The position numbers were made by a program, and so were the translations under genes. A stretch of DNA of 64,000 nt, from contig NC_134028.1 in the NCBI RefSeq assembly GCF_964204645.1, positions 11,765,263 through 11,829,262 of the forward strand, written 5' to 3'. This document shows, in pieces, positions 37,840 to 50,902 of the stretch. The first letter of the stretch is position 1. Every line of letters starts with the position of its first letter. The notes under the pieces were generated by a model that worked only from the letters and a program-made list of their open reading frames with translations, had not been told where the DNA came from and ran no database searches. This DNA is from Tubulanus polymorphus (taxonomy: Eukaryota; Animalia; Nemertea).

Positions 37840-40678
37840 TTCAACTCGAGAAATTAACTTGTTTAATGACTAATGCCGATCAATTGCCTAATAAAATAGA
37901 CGAACTGGAGCTTATGGTAAATCAGTACTCGCCTCACATAATTGGGATCAGTGAAATGAAGGCTAAAAACCCGAGAAGTACTACACGAAACAAGCCACCA
38001 AATATCAGGGGCTATGACTGTTTCAGCAATCTCGAGTCAGAGGCAGATAGCAGGGGAATATGCCTGTACATAAAAAGTGTGCTTTCCCCAGTACCCTTTC
38101 AGCTGAAGACAAAGTTCTCCGAAAATGTTTGGGCTTCGGTTAACCTAGAAAATGACAGAAAACTACATGTAGGATGTATATATAGAAGCCCAAACTCAAA
38201 CGACGAAAATAACAATAAACTTCTGAAAATGCTAGATGAAATTTCACAACAAAATGCAGAAATGGTATTTTTCGGAGACTTCAACTATGGTGAAATTGAA
38301 TGGGGAACACCTGAATGTAGCAAACCACCAGGACACCGTGCCTCAAAATTCCTGAATGCTACTCAGGATGCTTTCCTAACTCAACATCAGCTCGAACCAT
38401 CTCGTTTCCGCGAAAACAACCAACCTAGCAATTTGGATCTTATCTTCACGAACAGAGAAGGAAAGATATCCTCGATAGAACACACTTCTGGTCTTGGAAA
38501 GAGTGACCACAACATTATAACATTTGATTATAATTCATCAGTCTCCTACACAAGAAATATCCAGGATAAGGTGCAATACTCCAAAGGTGATTATGATAAA
38601 CTACGACGATTAACTCAGCGAAACTGGGCTGATGAAATGAAAAATATGAGTGTCGAGGAAAGTTGGGAGCACTTCAAATCAATAATAAAAGAGGCAGGGG
38701 AAAAGTCTATTCCTACTTCAAAATATAGTGGCGAAAGCAAACCTAGGCCACTCTGGATGACCCCGGATACTTTGAACTCAGTGAAAGAAAAGAAGAAGTC
38801 ATGGAGGAAATATCTAAAAAACGAAATGTGACCAAGATTATGCTCAATATGTCACCGTCAGAAATAAAACCAGAAGAGATCTAAGGAAAGCTAAGAGGAA
38901 CTTGGAAAAGAACATAGCCGAAACAGCCAAAACTAATCCAATGGCTTTTTGGCAATATGCAAATAGTAAACTAACAAATAAGCAAGATATACCGCCTCTA
39001 TACATATCCTTAGACCAAAACACCCTTACTGATTCCGATGACATAAAAGCGGAAGTTTTTGCCAACTATTTCGCATCCGTATTCGTTAACGAAGACTTGC
39101 AGAATATTCCTGTTTTACATGATGTGCCAGAGCGCCCAAAACAAGAAAATATAGAAATCAAAGAAGACAAAGTTTTAAAATTATTAGAGAAAATCAAGGT
39201 CAACAAATCTCCAGGTCCAGATCGACTCCACCCGGGAGTACTCTTTGAAGCTAGAGAAAACCTTTATGTACCTCTTACAGTCATTTTCAACAAGTCGTTA
39301 CTAAGTGGTGAAATACCAAAAGACTGGAAACTCGGGTGTGTTACCCCGTTGTGCAAAAAGGGAGATAAACATAAAGCTGAAAATTACAGACCCGTAAGTT
39401 TAACTTCCCTAGCATCCAAGCTTATGGAGACGCTAATTAGAGACGCTGTGACGAAACATCTGGAAGAAAATAAATTGTTATCGAACGACCAACATGGATT
39501 CAGATCGGGAAGGTCTACCACCACAAATCTGTTAGATTCACTTGACGATTGGACTGAAGCACTGGATAATGGATATGCAATCGATTGTATATACCTTGAT
39601 TTTCAAAAAGCATTTGATACAGTGGCCCACCATAGATTAAACTAAGATAAAGCACATTGGTATAACAGGCATCATCGGTCGATGGATTGAAAATTTTCTT
39701 AAAGACAGAAAGCAATGCGTTCGGGTAAATAACAGATGTTCATCGTGGAGAGAGATCAAAAGTGGTGTACCGCAAGGTAGTGTATTGGGACCTACACTAT
39801 TCACTATATACATAAACGACCTTCCAGGGGTAACAAGTGTCCCTACAAAGCTCTTTGCTGACGACACGAGGTTGTATAACATCATCAGATCAAGAAACGA
39901 TTGTGAAAAACTGCAGGAAAGTGTTCTAAACGTAACAAATTGGTCGAACACATGGGACCTAAGTTTCCACCCAGAAAAGGCAAACAGGCTCAGAATTGGA
40001 CCCGAAACGAATCCTTTCAACTACAGCTTGAGTGGTGTACCTATAAAAAGAAGTACCGCCGAAAAAGACCTCGGAGTGATTATAGATGATAAAATTAACT
40101 TTAAAACCCATATAGCCGATTCTGCTAACAAAGCTAACAGAGTACTCTACACGATAAAAAGAACGATGCACTTCCAAGACACTCGTGCTTTTCTGCTACT
40201 GTATAAATCACTAGTGCGTCCTATACTAGAATACGGAGTGTGTGTTTGGGCACCAAACTCTATCCCCGAGATTGACAAACTCGAAAGTATCCAGAGGAGA
40301 GCTACGAAGATGATTAGAAATATTAGACATCTTCCATATGAACAACGATTACAAGTACTAAATCTCCCCAGCCTATCTTATAGAAGACTGCGTGGAGATA
40401 TGATCGAAACCTATAAGTATCTCTATAAAATAAATCGCGCAAGCTCCATCGTCCATCTAGACCCTAGACCAAGAGAAACACGAGGGCACTCTCTAAAACT
40501 GGAGAAACGTAGAAGCAAAAAATCTATACGAGCGAACTTCTTCAGCAATCGAATAATGAATATCTGGAATTCTCTACCTGATGATGTTGTATCATGCGAA
40601 TCACTAGACCTATTCAAGAAAAAACTCGACAAGCAATGGACAAATTACGAACTGAAATTTAATTATAAAGCAAAATGA
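37840..40678 (+). pseudogene. CR1 ORF2 endonuclease-reverse transcriptase, two frameshifts
   Basis: CIYRSP, GDFN, LDLIFT, SDH, KSPGPD, YRPVSLTS, QHGFR, YLDFQKAFDTV, GVPQGSVLGP, FADD, EKDLGV, TRGHSLKL across ORFs in three frames. Confidence 0.93.
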
Positions 40679-43600
40679 ACTGAAACTAGTCTATCCCCTT
40701 TTAGCAGCGCACTACGACGCAGATAAGGGACTATGTACAGCTAACCAGTGCAAGATCGCAGAGCGGTCACTCACTTATATGCTGATACTGATATTATACT
40801 TATGATTCCGTATATAAAGACTATGTAAAGTTATGATAATCATTCTCATTCCGGGATGCAATTAAGATTGTACATATAAGGTTTAACTGCCTTATTGTTC
40901 CTGATGGATGGAATCTATTGGTAAAACTATTGGTTGTGACTGGAACGTTGACCTCATGAGAATATCGTATTCATCTACACCTGTGACGAGATGGCCGTAC
41001 AGATCGTCAACATTGCTGCTGTTTCAGTGGATACAATGCATTACGGAAACTTTTTGTCAGCCAAAGGTAATATAGTTGCTTCTTTGTCTCCAATTAGTGG
41101 TCAAATGAAGATGATAGAAAATTATAGGAATTTGGATATAAGATACTACCGTACGATCAAAAAAGTTATCGCTGGTTTAAATAGTATGATTCACAATTCT
41201 TTTTTTTCTAGGTATCTAGTTCCAATCAGCTTAAATCAATTTTAGTTTCATTTCGTACTAGAAGTATTCGAATACGGTACACTTCACAGAGAATATGTCT
41301 AAGGTTAATTAGTCAAATTCATCTACTTACAGTACAGTGCGTATCTATACTTTTTCGCAACAAACTATTTCAACCATACAAGAGGTTTAATCTGCAATTT
41401 TCATTTTCATAGGTTTATATTTTTTGTTTGTTAGTATAACTGAAACATGAAGATGAATTGGTTAAATTTTCATGTGGACAAATATATAATCTCAGTTACA
41501 CCTTATTTTGGATGATAATAATTTTTTTTCTTTTGGTTGATAAGGGTAACTGTATTTGTGTTGTGTTATTGCCTGAACACTGCTCTGATGTCAGATGTTG
41601 CACGTTACTATCATTGTATCACAAAATTCCGTCACAAAGCTATTTCCAGTCAGTAATCGAAAGATCTTCGAAACAGAGAAATGCGTACTACTTGCTATCA
41701 CCAACTGGACTTCGGGACGCTATAACTACACAACACATCGCTAGTTTTGTTTGTCGCAGAATCAACCAGAATTCGGGGATCCTCTGCAGATCATTGAAAA
41801 TTACAGTTGACATATCGTCAACATGTGACTCTTTCGTGAATGACTGAGAATCCGGCGGAAGGAGTTTTGATAAGCTTTCAGCACCTACGTTTTCTGCAAA
41901 TTTGGAGGACCAAATTCTATTGGACAAGGGAGCATCTGTCACCCTGATATAAGTTGCATATTCTATAATCATATATATTTACAATTTCAAATCGAATGGT
42001 TCATAATATTTCATATCTCTTACTATATGAAATGCTTAATGATGACAATAATAGCATTAATAATGTAATATAACTTATGAATATAGTATCAATATGTGCT
42101 TTATCGTAATCAACATGTAAGACTACTCAATATGTATTCAAAGTAATTAGCTCTAGTCAGTGCTCCTCATTAATTAATTTACGTCTCTCAAACATGTCAC
42201 TAGGTGTTAGTTTATGAGCCCTGATGTCTATAACTTGTCTGACACCTAGTTCTCACATTATACTCATGATTCTGTATATAAAGACTATGTAAAGTTATGA
42301 TAATCATTCTCATTCCGGGGTGCAATAAAGATTGTACATATAAGGTTTAACTGCCTTGTTGTTCCTGATGGATGGAATCCTGTACCACTGGTGTAAATGC
42401 TAGTTCCCAAGCCAGCCTGCCGATACAACAAACCAGCTGGTTACAAGTGAAAGCCAATCATCCAGCCTATGAAAGCTTTTATGGTTTACTTGCTACCGAT
42501 CGTATCACAAATCCTCCCTTTCATGACTAGACTGTGAACACCCTAACCCCCTATTTCCCCCCCCCCCCCAGATTTGCCTGGTCTTGAGAATGATCTTTGT
42601 AAATGAAAAGGTTAAAATTCCGATTTCGGTCAGAAAATTACGATCCCTGGAGGTTGCTTGTTGTAGACAACCTCCCGTTGGTCGTGAGGATTCATTTTGA
42701 GTTTACGAATGGAAGACCCTTTCTTAGAAGCCTTCCCCTTGCCCCAAAATGAACAAGAGTTACTCTTACCAGCAAACTAGAGGCCTGTGACTGATGGAGG
42801 TGGGCGTTTGTCCTCCAACCAGCATTAGGAGCTGCGTGGGACAGCATCTGTGTGGTGGACTTGACCCTGGAGCACACCAACTGGAGAAAAGACGAGAGGA
42901 GCTTAACGGAGCTCTCAACAGGGGTTGCAATAACCTCTGGGACTGGTTCCTCATTAAAATCGGTCCTACTCCACCATCGAGAACTTCAATATCTGAGTTC
43001 TACATAACTGGATGGGCTGGAGCATATCTAACTGGACTATCAGGCTTACCTGCAATTCAAGTGACTACTCAGAATTTTACATTTAATATCATGGAAAATA
43101 CCAGTCTATGATAATTTTCGTTACCACGATGAATTTGGAAATGATACCTCGAACAGGAATGCGACATTACTGGTGCTATGGAATTCAGTACACTAGTCGG
43201 AACCATGCAAAAACTTCCTCCAATTACGTGCATAGTCCTTCTCTCGGTCTACCTTCATTCCCCATAAAGCTCTTGGGCGCTTACCATGCTTACTCAAGCA
43301 TCTGGTAGATGAGCATCCTCAACCAGACTCAGAGCAACGATGCCAACGTCACGCATTAGAATCATCTGAATCGGACAATTCATGCATATCAATAGCTGCC
43401 TGGCTGACCAATGCTAGGCGAACCGGTTCAGCTCTTAACCCATAGTTTGGTAAGTGCCTGGTACTACCTGAACTGAATGACCGGGGGCTGGATCCTGGGT
43501 GTCACACAACGAAACCAGGGACTGGTTCAGCAGCTGCAGATGGATACTGCACCAGAGAACGACCAGAGCCCGGTGACTGTCTTCCAGTAACCGGAGAAGC

Positions 43601-44863
43601 CCAGTGCCTGGAAATTGCCTGGAGCTTGCTGACTGAGTGGTCACTGGGAAACTGAACGTGCCAGTACAGCCGACAAGCCCCCAGAGTAATAAATATGAGA
43701 GCCAGTTACTTTACTACGATTGCATGATTTCAATGTTTGCATGATTCATCAGCCTGATGTCATAATTCTCAGGCCAAATCTCACAAGTCTTGGAGAGGTT
43801 GTCTCCAACAGGATGATCACACATCGTGATTGCCCCAGGCCCCAAACAATTGACTGCATCCTTAGCCACTATGAAGCTGGCCCTTAGGGAGTGGAAATAT
43901 ATACAGAATACAATATCAAATAATAAAATATTCGATAAAGAAATGAAAATCTTCCACAAATAAATCAAAATTATTCAATTGAAATATTTCGGTGAAAGTT
44001 AATATAGTCTAGTAAATTTTCATAAATTGCCCATGGGCAAAGAAAGTGTGGTTTACCTTGAAAGCTAGAGGTTGTTTGGAGTAAGGGCATTGCTTGAAAA
44101 ATCTTTTTAATTCGTGACTTCAAAGTTCTAGAAGTTTTTATTGTATTTTATCTTTCTTAAAGAATTATTTTGTAGTCAAATAAGACCAAAGATAAACATT
44201 TGTTTATGGTCTACGTCCAAAATTTCGTAGGGTACAGGTAGACGCAACATTAAAAACTATTTTATATTTTCAAAGAAACATTTTGCACAATATGAAAAAA
44301 TATTCAAATACAATTCATATGATGTCACATATCAGAGGGTCGCTGAATCGCTGAATTGAGTCTTGGAACTCACTGTATACATGTACTGTAGGTTTTCATG
44401 TTGTATGAATATTTTGCAGTTCAAATGGGTATGATGCTAAATTCCAATGTCAAACGCATGAAGTTAGATGGTCAAGGACAGTCAACACCAAGATGACCGA
44501 TGTTGTACCATAGAAGATCTGCTTCTTTCAACTCAAGGAAAGTGATTCAACACGATCGACATAACACTGGAATAGGTTTGCAGTAACTAACCGTTCATTT
44601 CATTTAGTCCTCTGTACTTTTTAGCCAATTTGGATTTGATTGTAATTGAAACTCTGGAACTGTTAACAAAAGACAAGTAAGACAAGTTGAAAAAACACAA
44701 GTTATGCTTGATTCTCGTGTTCAAATTTAATTCAAATTTATTTTATTACATCATATTTACAAAGCATATCATTGGTTCATACAGTAATAAAAATTAGGGC
44801 AGAACGAATATTATTACAGAAACTCCAAAAAGGCAATGAATTTCTATGACTAAATGAACATTA

Positions 44864-45432
44864 TTTTTAGCCCACTTGGGACTTTAGTCCCAGCGGGCTA
44901 TTGCGTTCACTTTTCGTCCGTCGTCCATCCGTAGACGGAAATCAGTTATTTTAGGAAGTTTTGAAAACGCTTCAATGTAATGTCTTGATATTTGGGTTTC
45001 ACATGTATCTACCCTAGACAAATCTTCAGCTCAAAAACTGGCCCTGTCAGAATCAAGATGGCCGACTGGCAGCCATTGTTGTTCGCCAAAATCAACACTT
45101 TTTACACATTTTTGAACTTTTTGAGGGAAATTTTGAAGATGCTTTGATCAATTACCTTGATCTTTCGGATATGTGTGAATGCCCCTGGGCCCATCAGCAT
45201 AACTTTGCAGCATAAAATTGGGATACGGACTCAAGATGGCCGTCCTATGACCTTTTTTAGTGCCCAAAAATGTCAATTTTGGCCCGAATTCTGAGTTTGC
45301 CATTTCTCATTGCAATTTGTGATGGGTATTCTTTGAAAAGGGATGTTTTATACCTTTGATACCTGAATTGTTAGATTGTTGAGCATTTGGAACCACTTCC
45401 CAAGTGGGCATGGTGTCCCTGGACCCCTAGTT
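44864..45432 (+). mobile_element. Short HINE family 1 copy lacking the tandem core
   Basis: TTTTTAGCCCACTTGGGACTTTAGTCCC ... TCCCAAGTGGGCATGGTGTCCCTGGACCCCTAGTT. Confidence 0.85.
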
Positions 45433-46045
45433 CTAATAACTCAGATCGAGAGTGACTCTCCCGTTTATTAGGAAACACACGCAACTAGTGGAATAGGTTT
45501 GATTTACACACATGTTGCAGGTATCAATTGTTTATCACTGTAGAATTTGTAATCCATAAAAGCCAAAATCAACATCAGCCGGAAACCCAGACCAAATCAA
45601 TTCATAATTTATTGATTGAATCTACACTACAATATATGTATTTATTCAAATATTTCAATAAAAACATTAACTTCTTAAATCTAATCTATTCTAAATCATA
45701 ATACGTTCTTATCTGTGAATTCACTCAATCTATCGGCTCAGCAGGTGCTTAAGATGAGTTCTTAATAGGACAGATCCATTTTTAAGGATGGTGATAATAC
45801 AGTATCATGATGTTTGAATGCCAAAATAAGTGCCTGGTCAAATATATTAATATTTGTGATTGTACGTCCACGTATGTTCGGTTTCAAAGCTGAATCATAT
45901 TTGACGTTTACACAGTGGTTGCATATTAGGTTCGAATCTGTCAATGCATTTTATTCTATGTATCGATATTTCAATTTACTACAATTCCCATCATTCTGAA
46001 TGGCTTTACAGAAAACCCGTCATCGCTGCTTTGCAGCTATATTTT

Positions 46046-48285
46046 CCATTGTTGTTCAGCTGGTCTCACTTTTGGGGGTTGACCAGGCTTGGAAGAGGGA
46101 ACTGAAAATATATTCTCGGGCAGTTCATCCATTCTGAGTGTTTGGTAGTCAGCGAATTCCATTTCAACATCATCTCGACTTATCCAATCTCCGAGAATAG
46201 CTGAATATCGGTCGAAGAAGTACACTAGGGATGCAAACATCACAGTTGCACGTATCTTGATATCAGCCACCTAAAATAAAAAGTCATTACAGTGAGTCAC
46301 ACCCACAGCTGTCTCACTCTTGCTGTCTGTTTTATCAGGCCACCATTGTCATACATAAGTTACATCTATTCAAGAATGAGTGTCAGTAGCTTACCTCTGC
46401 ATTTTTCCAAAGGGGCTGTTTTCGGGGATTTATGTTAGCAACCATGTAGGTACATGCAGCCTGGTAGAATGCCACTACTCTCTTGTAAAATTCTTTCGCC
46501 ACATCATCATGAACAGCAGCCAAAGCTATCTTTGCATCATCTCCGATGATGATTTCTTGCGTATTCTGAAAAGTACCGACACACATCTTAGTAACATATT
46601 ATTTTCACAGCTATCCTTTAAAAATAAGATTTTCTAATTACCTTTATATTGTACCGTGAAGTAAAATCTACAGTGAACGGAGATGCTGCGCCAGTTTGTG
46701 TGAATGCAGAAGGCTTTAAGAAGCAAACCAGCACTTTCTTCATCATTTCTTCCAAAACGAGGTATATTTTGTGAATCACTGCAGCTTCTGCTTGAAGGAT
46801 ACCATTCGTATTCGAATATCTGCAATCATAATAATCAGTACACTGCCTTGAAAATTAAGAATATAGTTTGTCCATTGCTAGCCAACCAGCTACAGTTCAC
46901 TGGCATTCTGCAATTTCAAAAACTTTAAAATCAAACTTAAGCTGTGAAAATATGTCATACTTAACTACCGAGATAGCTTTTATCAGAAACGCTGCATACA
47001 ATATAGCTGTTCGCCTGTGGAAAAATTTGTGCAGTTTCTGTTTTATGGTGTTGGCAGAAACTGGAACGTCCTCATCATCGTCTACATGTTCTCACCATTT
47101 TCTTTCGAGAAATACAATTTCAGTGCTTCCCACTGTTTGAAGAGCCGCCGCAATGCTGGACACAAGCTAAGCCATCTTGTTTTGACATGTTTAAGTATTT
47201 CATGCTTTGGCAGTCCACACTCTTCCTGACACTAAGTGTAACGGGCAGATCGCTTGCAAAAACGAAAAACGAAATATCATTTTTATCCAGCTCCCTTTTA
47301 ATAATCTCATAGATTGCTTGTCACATGTGTGATTCATTCCAGATAGGATTCGCGAGAAGTCTGGTGCAGGTGTCCATATTTTCATCAACAAATCTGACGA
47401 CTAACGGATAATATGTATCCTTCTTCAACGTTGACCCATCGACCCCGAGTATGAATGGACCATTTTTCAAGCACGTTATTGTTTTAGACACAGCATCCTC
47501 AGTGAGAGCGCCAACTATGTGTGAAGTTTTAGTACGCCCGCAATGATAGTTCATTGAATTGTAATAACCGGGAAACATTTTTTTGAATAGTTCTCTCGCG
47601 TGATCAGCTGCAGCCAGGGGCAGATTGTGTTCAACTAAGAAAAATGTTAACAAGGTTTCAGCCGTAATTACCTCCAGTTCCTTAGAGTACGGACGAAAAA
47701 ATGAAGATATTTTCCCTATCTTCGATGTGCTTTCATGTTATCCAGAATCGCAATGTTTTTTTACGTCGTTAAGGCCGCCGTGAGAGATGCTGAAATCAGC
47801 GCCTACTCTCACCTACGCAAGGAAATGTCAACTTAAAGTCTTTTCGGGATTTTTGCATTCGCTTCATTTTTTTTGTCGCTGGGCCAGATTCATCGGCGGA
47901 TCCCGAATCGCTGTGCGACGACGGCCCAGTGTCTGCCATCTTGTTGATGGTTGAGCTAATTACCGACCGAAACCGATATTACCCAATTCAATTCAAATCA
48001 AAAGTGAATACGGCTGATGTTGAACGAAGGTCAATTCACTTCTTTGCTGCGTCACGCTTTTTCCATAACAATTTTTTTTCAACAAATTTATTTGATTTAG
48101 TGTATTTCATAGACATTATGAGGAAATTAAGAAGTTTTATAATAAAAATCATATTTTTGGAATTATTCTCGGGATATCGGGACATTTGCGATGGGATTCG
48201 TATTTTTTTAACCCTGTCGGAACGGCGTATTTTCATTGGCCCAATTTTAACGATTCCGCCAAAGTCGGAACACTTGGCAGCCCTG
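46046..48285 (-). mobile_element. Degenerate hAT-superfamily transposon, 3' part truncated by a HINE family 2 end (46010-46045)
   Basis: TIR CTTGGCAGCCCTG ending at 48285; FSISHGGLNDVKKH, FLVEHNLPLAAADH..MFP..CGRTK..DGS, KHVKTRWLSL fragments with introns. Confidence 0.8.
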
Positions 48286-49059
48286 CATATACGGCACCTA
48301 GTCCAATGAAACTTTCGCCATTAATGGCTTACCCATAATTATTCTAGTAGCGCCCGAATTCCCCGTATATCCCAAAAACAGCCAATCACATTCGCTCGTT
48401 GAGACGACGCCTCCCAATCGAGGTCATTGCAATTTTATACGCAAGAGCTAAGAATTTTCCGGCCGAAAACAGTTTTTCCTCAAATTTAAACCAAGTTGAC
48501 CATGTCATCGTCGGAGGTTTGTCATGTCTCGCATCGATTATACGTCGTTTAAGCTGAGAACCAATGAAAAAAATGCTCACATAAAAAAACGTATCGCGAT
48601 TTTACATGAATTGGCTCAATGCCAACCTCATACTGCTGACAAAGGTAAACCGATAAAAAACTGCACGAAATGAGAAATACTGACTGGAAGAAAAACACCC
48701 ACACTGTAAAGGGGGTCGCATGGAAAAATCATTGCAACACTCGGTGAAAAATCAATAATGCTGAAATGTATCCACAGACACAGTCGGCCAACAGATACTA
48801 TATAACTTTGTTAGTATACACATGCCACGAATGAAAATGATGGCATTTAAAAATAGATCGGGAAATGCTTTTATGGTCATACCAATCTATCCTTAAGATG
48901 CTGGTAAAGCAGTCATCATCCTCACCATTGGCATGGCGTCATAGACGTCATCCAATGCTAACTAGAATGTCGCTGAAGACGACTGATGCCCCCACATCAG
49001 GTGAAACACCTGAGAGTAAAGTACAAGATTAATTCATTAATCATTTTACATAGTAATCG

Positions 49060-49882
49060 TAAACAATCAATGAATTAGAGCCCAGAAATGAAAATTCCAA
49101 AACAAATTCTGGTGACCTTGACCTTTGACCAACAGGACCCAATATCTAATCAGTTATCGATTTGCTCTAGGACAATCCATCAATTAAATTTCACCAAGTT
49201 ATTTTAAACCATTTATGAGTTATAACCCACAAATGAAAATAGCAAAATAACTTCTGGTGACCTTGACCTTAGACCTACAGGACCAGATATCTAAGCAGTC
49301 ACTGAAGGTCTCTAGGGTAACCCATCCATAAAATTTCAGCAAGTTATCTTAAATCGTTCATGAGTTAGAGCCCGCAAATTAAGAATAGAAAACAGCTCCT
49401 GGTGACCTTGACCTTTGACCTATAGGTTCCAAAATCTAATGAGTTAACACGGTCACTGGGATAACCCATCCTTTGAATTTCACTGAGTTATCTCAAATCG
49501 TTTATGAGTTAGAGCCCGGAAATTAAATTTACAAAATGGCTTCCTGTGACCTTGACCTTGGACCTACAGGACCCAAAATCTAATCAGTTAGCCCCAGTCT
49601 GTAGGATAACTCATCCATTAAATTTTACCAAGTTATCTTAAACCGTTTATGAGTTTAAGCCCGGAAATGAAATTTACAAAATGACTTCCTGTGACCTTGA
49701 TTTGGACCTACAGGATCCAAAATCTAATCAGTTACTAACCTCATCTAGTACAAAAGTTGTTAAATTTCAGGAAAATTTGTCAAAGGGTTTGGGTGCTAGG
49801 GCACGGAAACCACTGCGGACAGACGGACGGACGACGAAGTGAATATAGTATGCCCCCACAACGCGTTGTCGGGGCATAAAAA
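49060..49882 (-). mobile_element. HINE-like family 3 with five ~145-bp tandem units
   Basis: GTGACCTTGACCTT units at ~49110, 49254, 49399, 49545 and 49690; GGAC microsatellite; terminal hairpin ATGCCCC..GGGGCAT plus AAAAA. Confidence 0.8.
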
Positions 49883-50031
49883 TGACCGTTTTTCACCAGC
49901 ATGTGTCGTCTTCAAAAATTGATGGCCAAGAATTAATAAATAGAAACTTGGACCGCAGCCCTAGGGCACTTCAGTAGTTCAAACCTTAAAAAATGTCAAT
50001 TGATTGTTATAGGTCATGGTCCAAAGATCAG

Positions 50032-50902
50032 GCCCGGTATGCATAAAACTTCCCTAACTTAAGGGAAATTTTTCCTTAAATAGATAAGGAATTCCTTGCC
50101 TAAGAATGACTTTTAACTATGATGCATAAAGTATCTTAAGCATTTCTTTTGCCTAGGATATCCTTAACTTCTTGGATAACTCTTATCCTTGGCCTACTTG
50201 TGGCAAAATCTTATAGCCAATGAAACACGCTGTTGCAGACTTAGTTTCGAAAAAACCTGGGTTAGAAATATCCATCATTCCAGAAAAAAACCGGCTGTAG
50301 TGCACAGGTTGCAATCATGGCACAGAAAAAACGGTTACCTAATTGGAGCTATGAGGAGAAAGAAATCCTTGTAGAGGAGTATTTAAAGGTGAAAAGCATA
50401 ATCAGAGGGAAGTTGTCACCAATTCTGACGAGTCAAAATAAAAAGGAAGCATGGTGTAAAATAACAGCTGCAATCAACAACCATAGTCCCAATATAAAAA
50501 GAGGTCATCAGTGAGATCAGTGATGAAAATAATGCCTTCTCTGTCGAAACGAAATCTTTGGTATATCTCTCGATCATCATACATATCCATGGGATTTTCA
50601 CAGTCATGAAATATTCTTTGCCTTGGTACAACGTGTTGTAGTGCCTCTACTTCAAGCAGCCCAGCAATAATGAGAGCCATTTTATGGCATCGACACCATA
50701 CACACTAGGATTTAAGGACTAAATGCTCACTTATCTCAACAGAAAAGGTACCTTAAAGTTAAGGAATTTTTCAGAACAATTTGTATCTTAAGACACTTTA
50801 TGCATACCACTTATTTTAAGGATATACTCCGAGCAAGAATTTAAGGAAATTCTTAATATTTAGGGAATTTTTTATCCTTAAGATGCTTTATGCATACCGG
50901 GC
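50032..50902. mobile_element. Internally deleted Harbinger transposon (TIR GCCCGGTATGCATAAA, TSD CAG)
   Basis: Myb/SANT-like ORF start 50317-50514 (+) and HARBI1-like transposase start 50474-50680 (-; RIFHD..NPMDMYDD..QRFRF) converge at the deletion. Confidence 0.88.

Larger units (their letters stand above)
35701..40792 (+). mobile_element. Near full-length CR1-clade LINE
   Basis: 5' UTR, PHD-containing ORF1, APE-RT ORF2, short 3' UTR ending GCTGATACTGAT. Confidence 0.92.
35086..42379 (+). mobile_element. Non-autonomous LTR element; 5' LTR (35086-35400 plus 40793-40988) split by LINE insertion, 3' LTR 41937-42379 truncated
   Basis: ~440-bp direct repeat starting TGTCAC; first copy ends GTGACG followed by TGG (PBS-like, 40992); purine-rich GGACAAGGGAG before the second copy. 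Confidence 0.6.

Noticed and set aside
35086-42379. Ngaro-type split direct repeats (A1..B1 A2 B2)
   Set aside because: A and B are halves of one repeat split by a CR1; B1 and A2 are 1 kb apart and no YR/RT of that type is present.
42700-43700. Possible very old DIRS/Ngaro RNase H remnant (FYITGWAGAYL)
   Set aside because: Catalytic motifs cannot be recovered by eye; needs a profile search.
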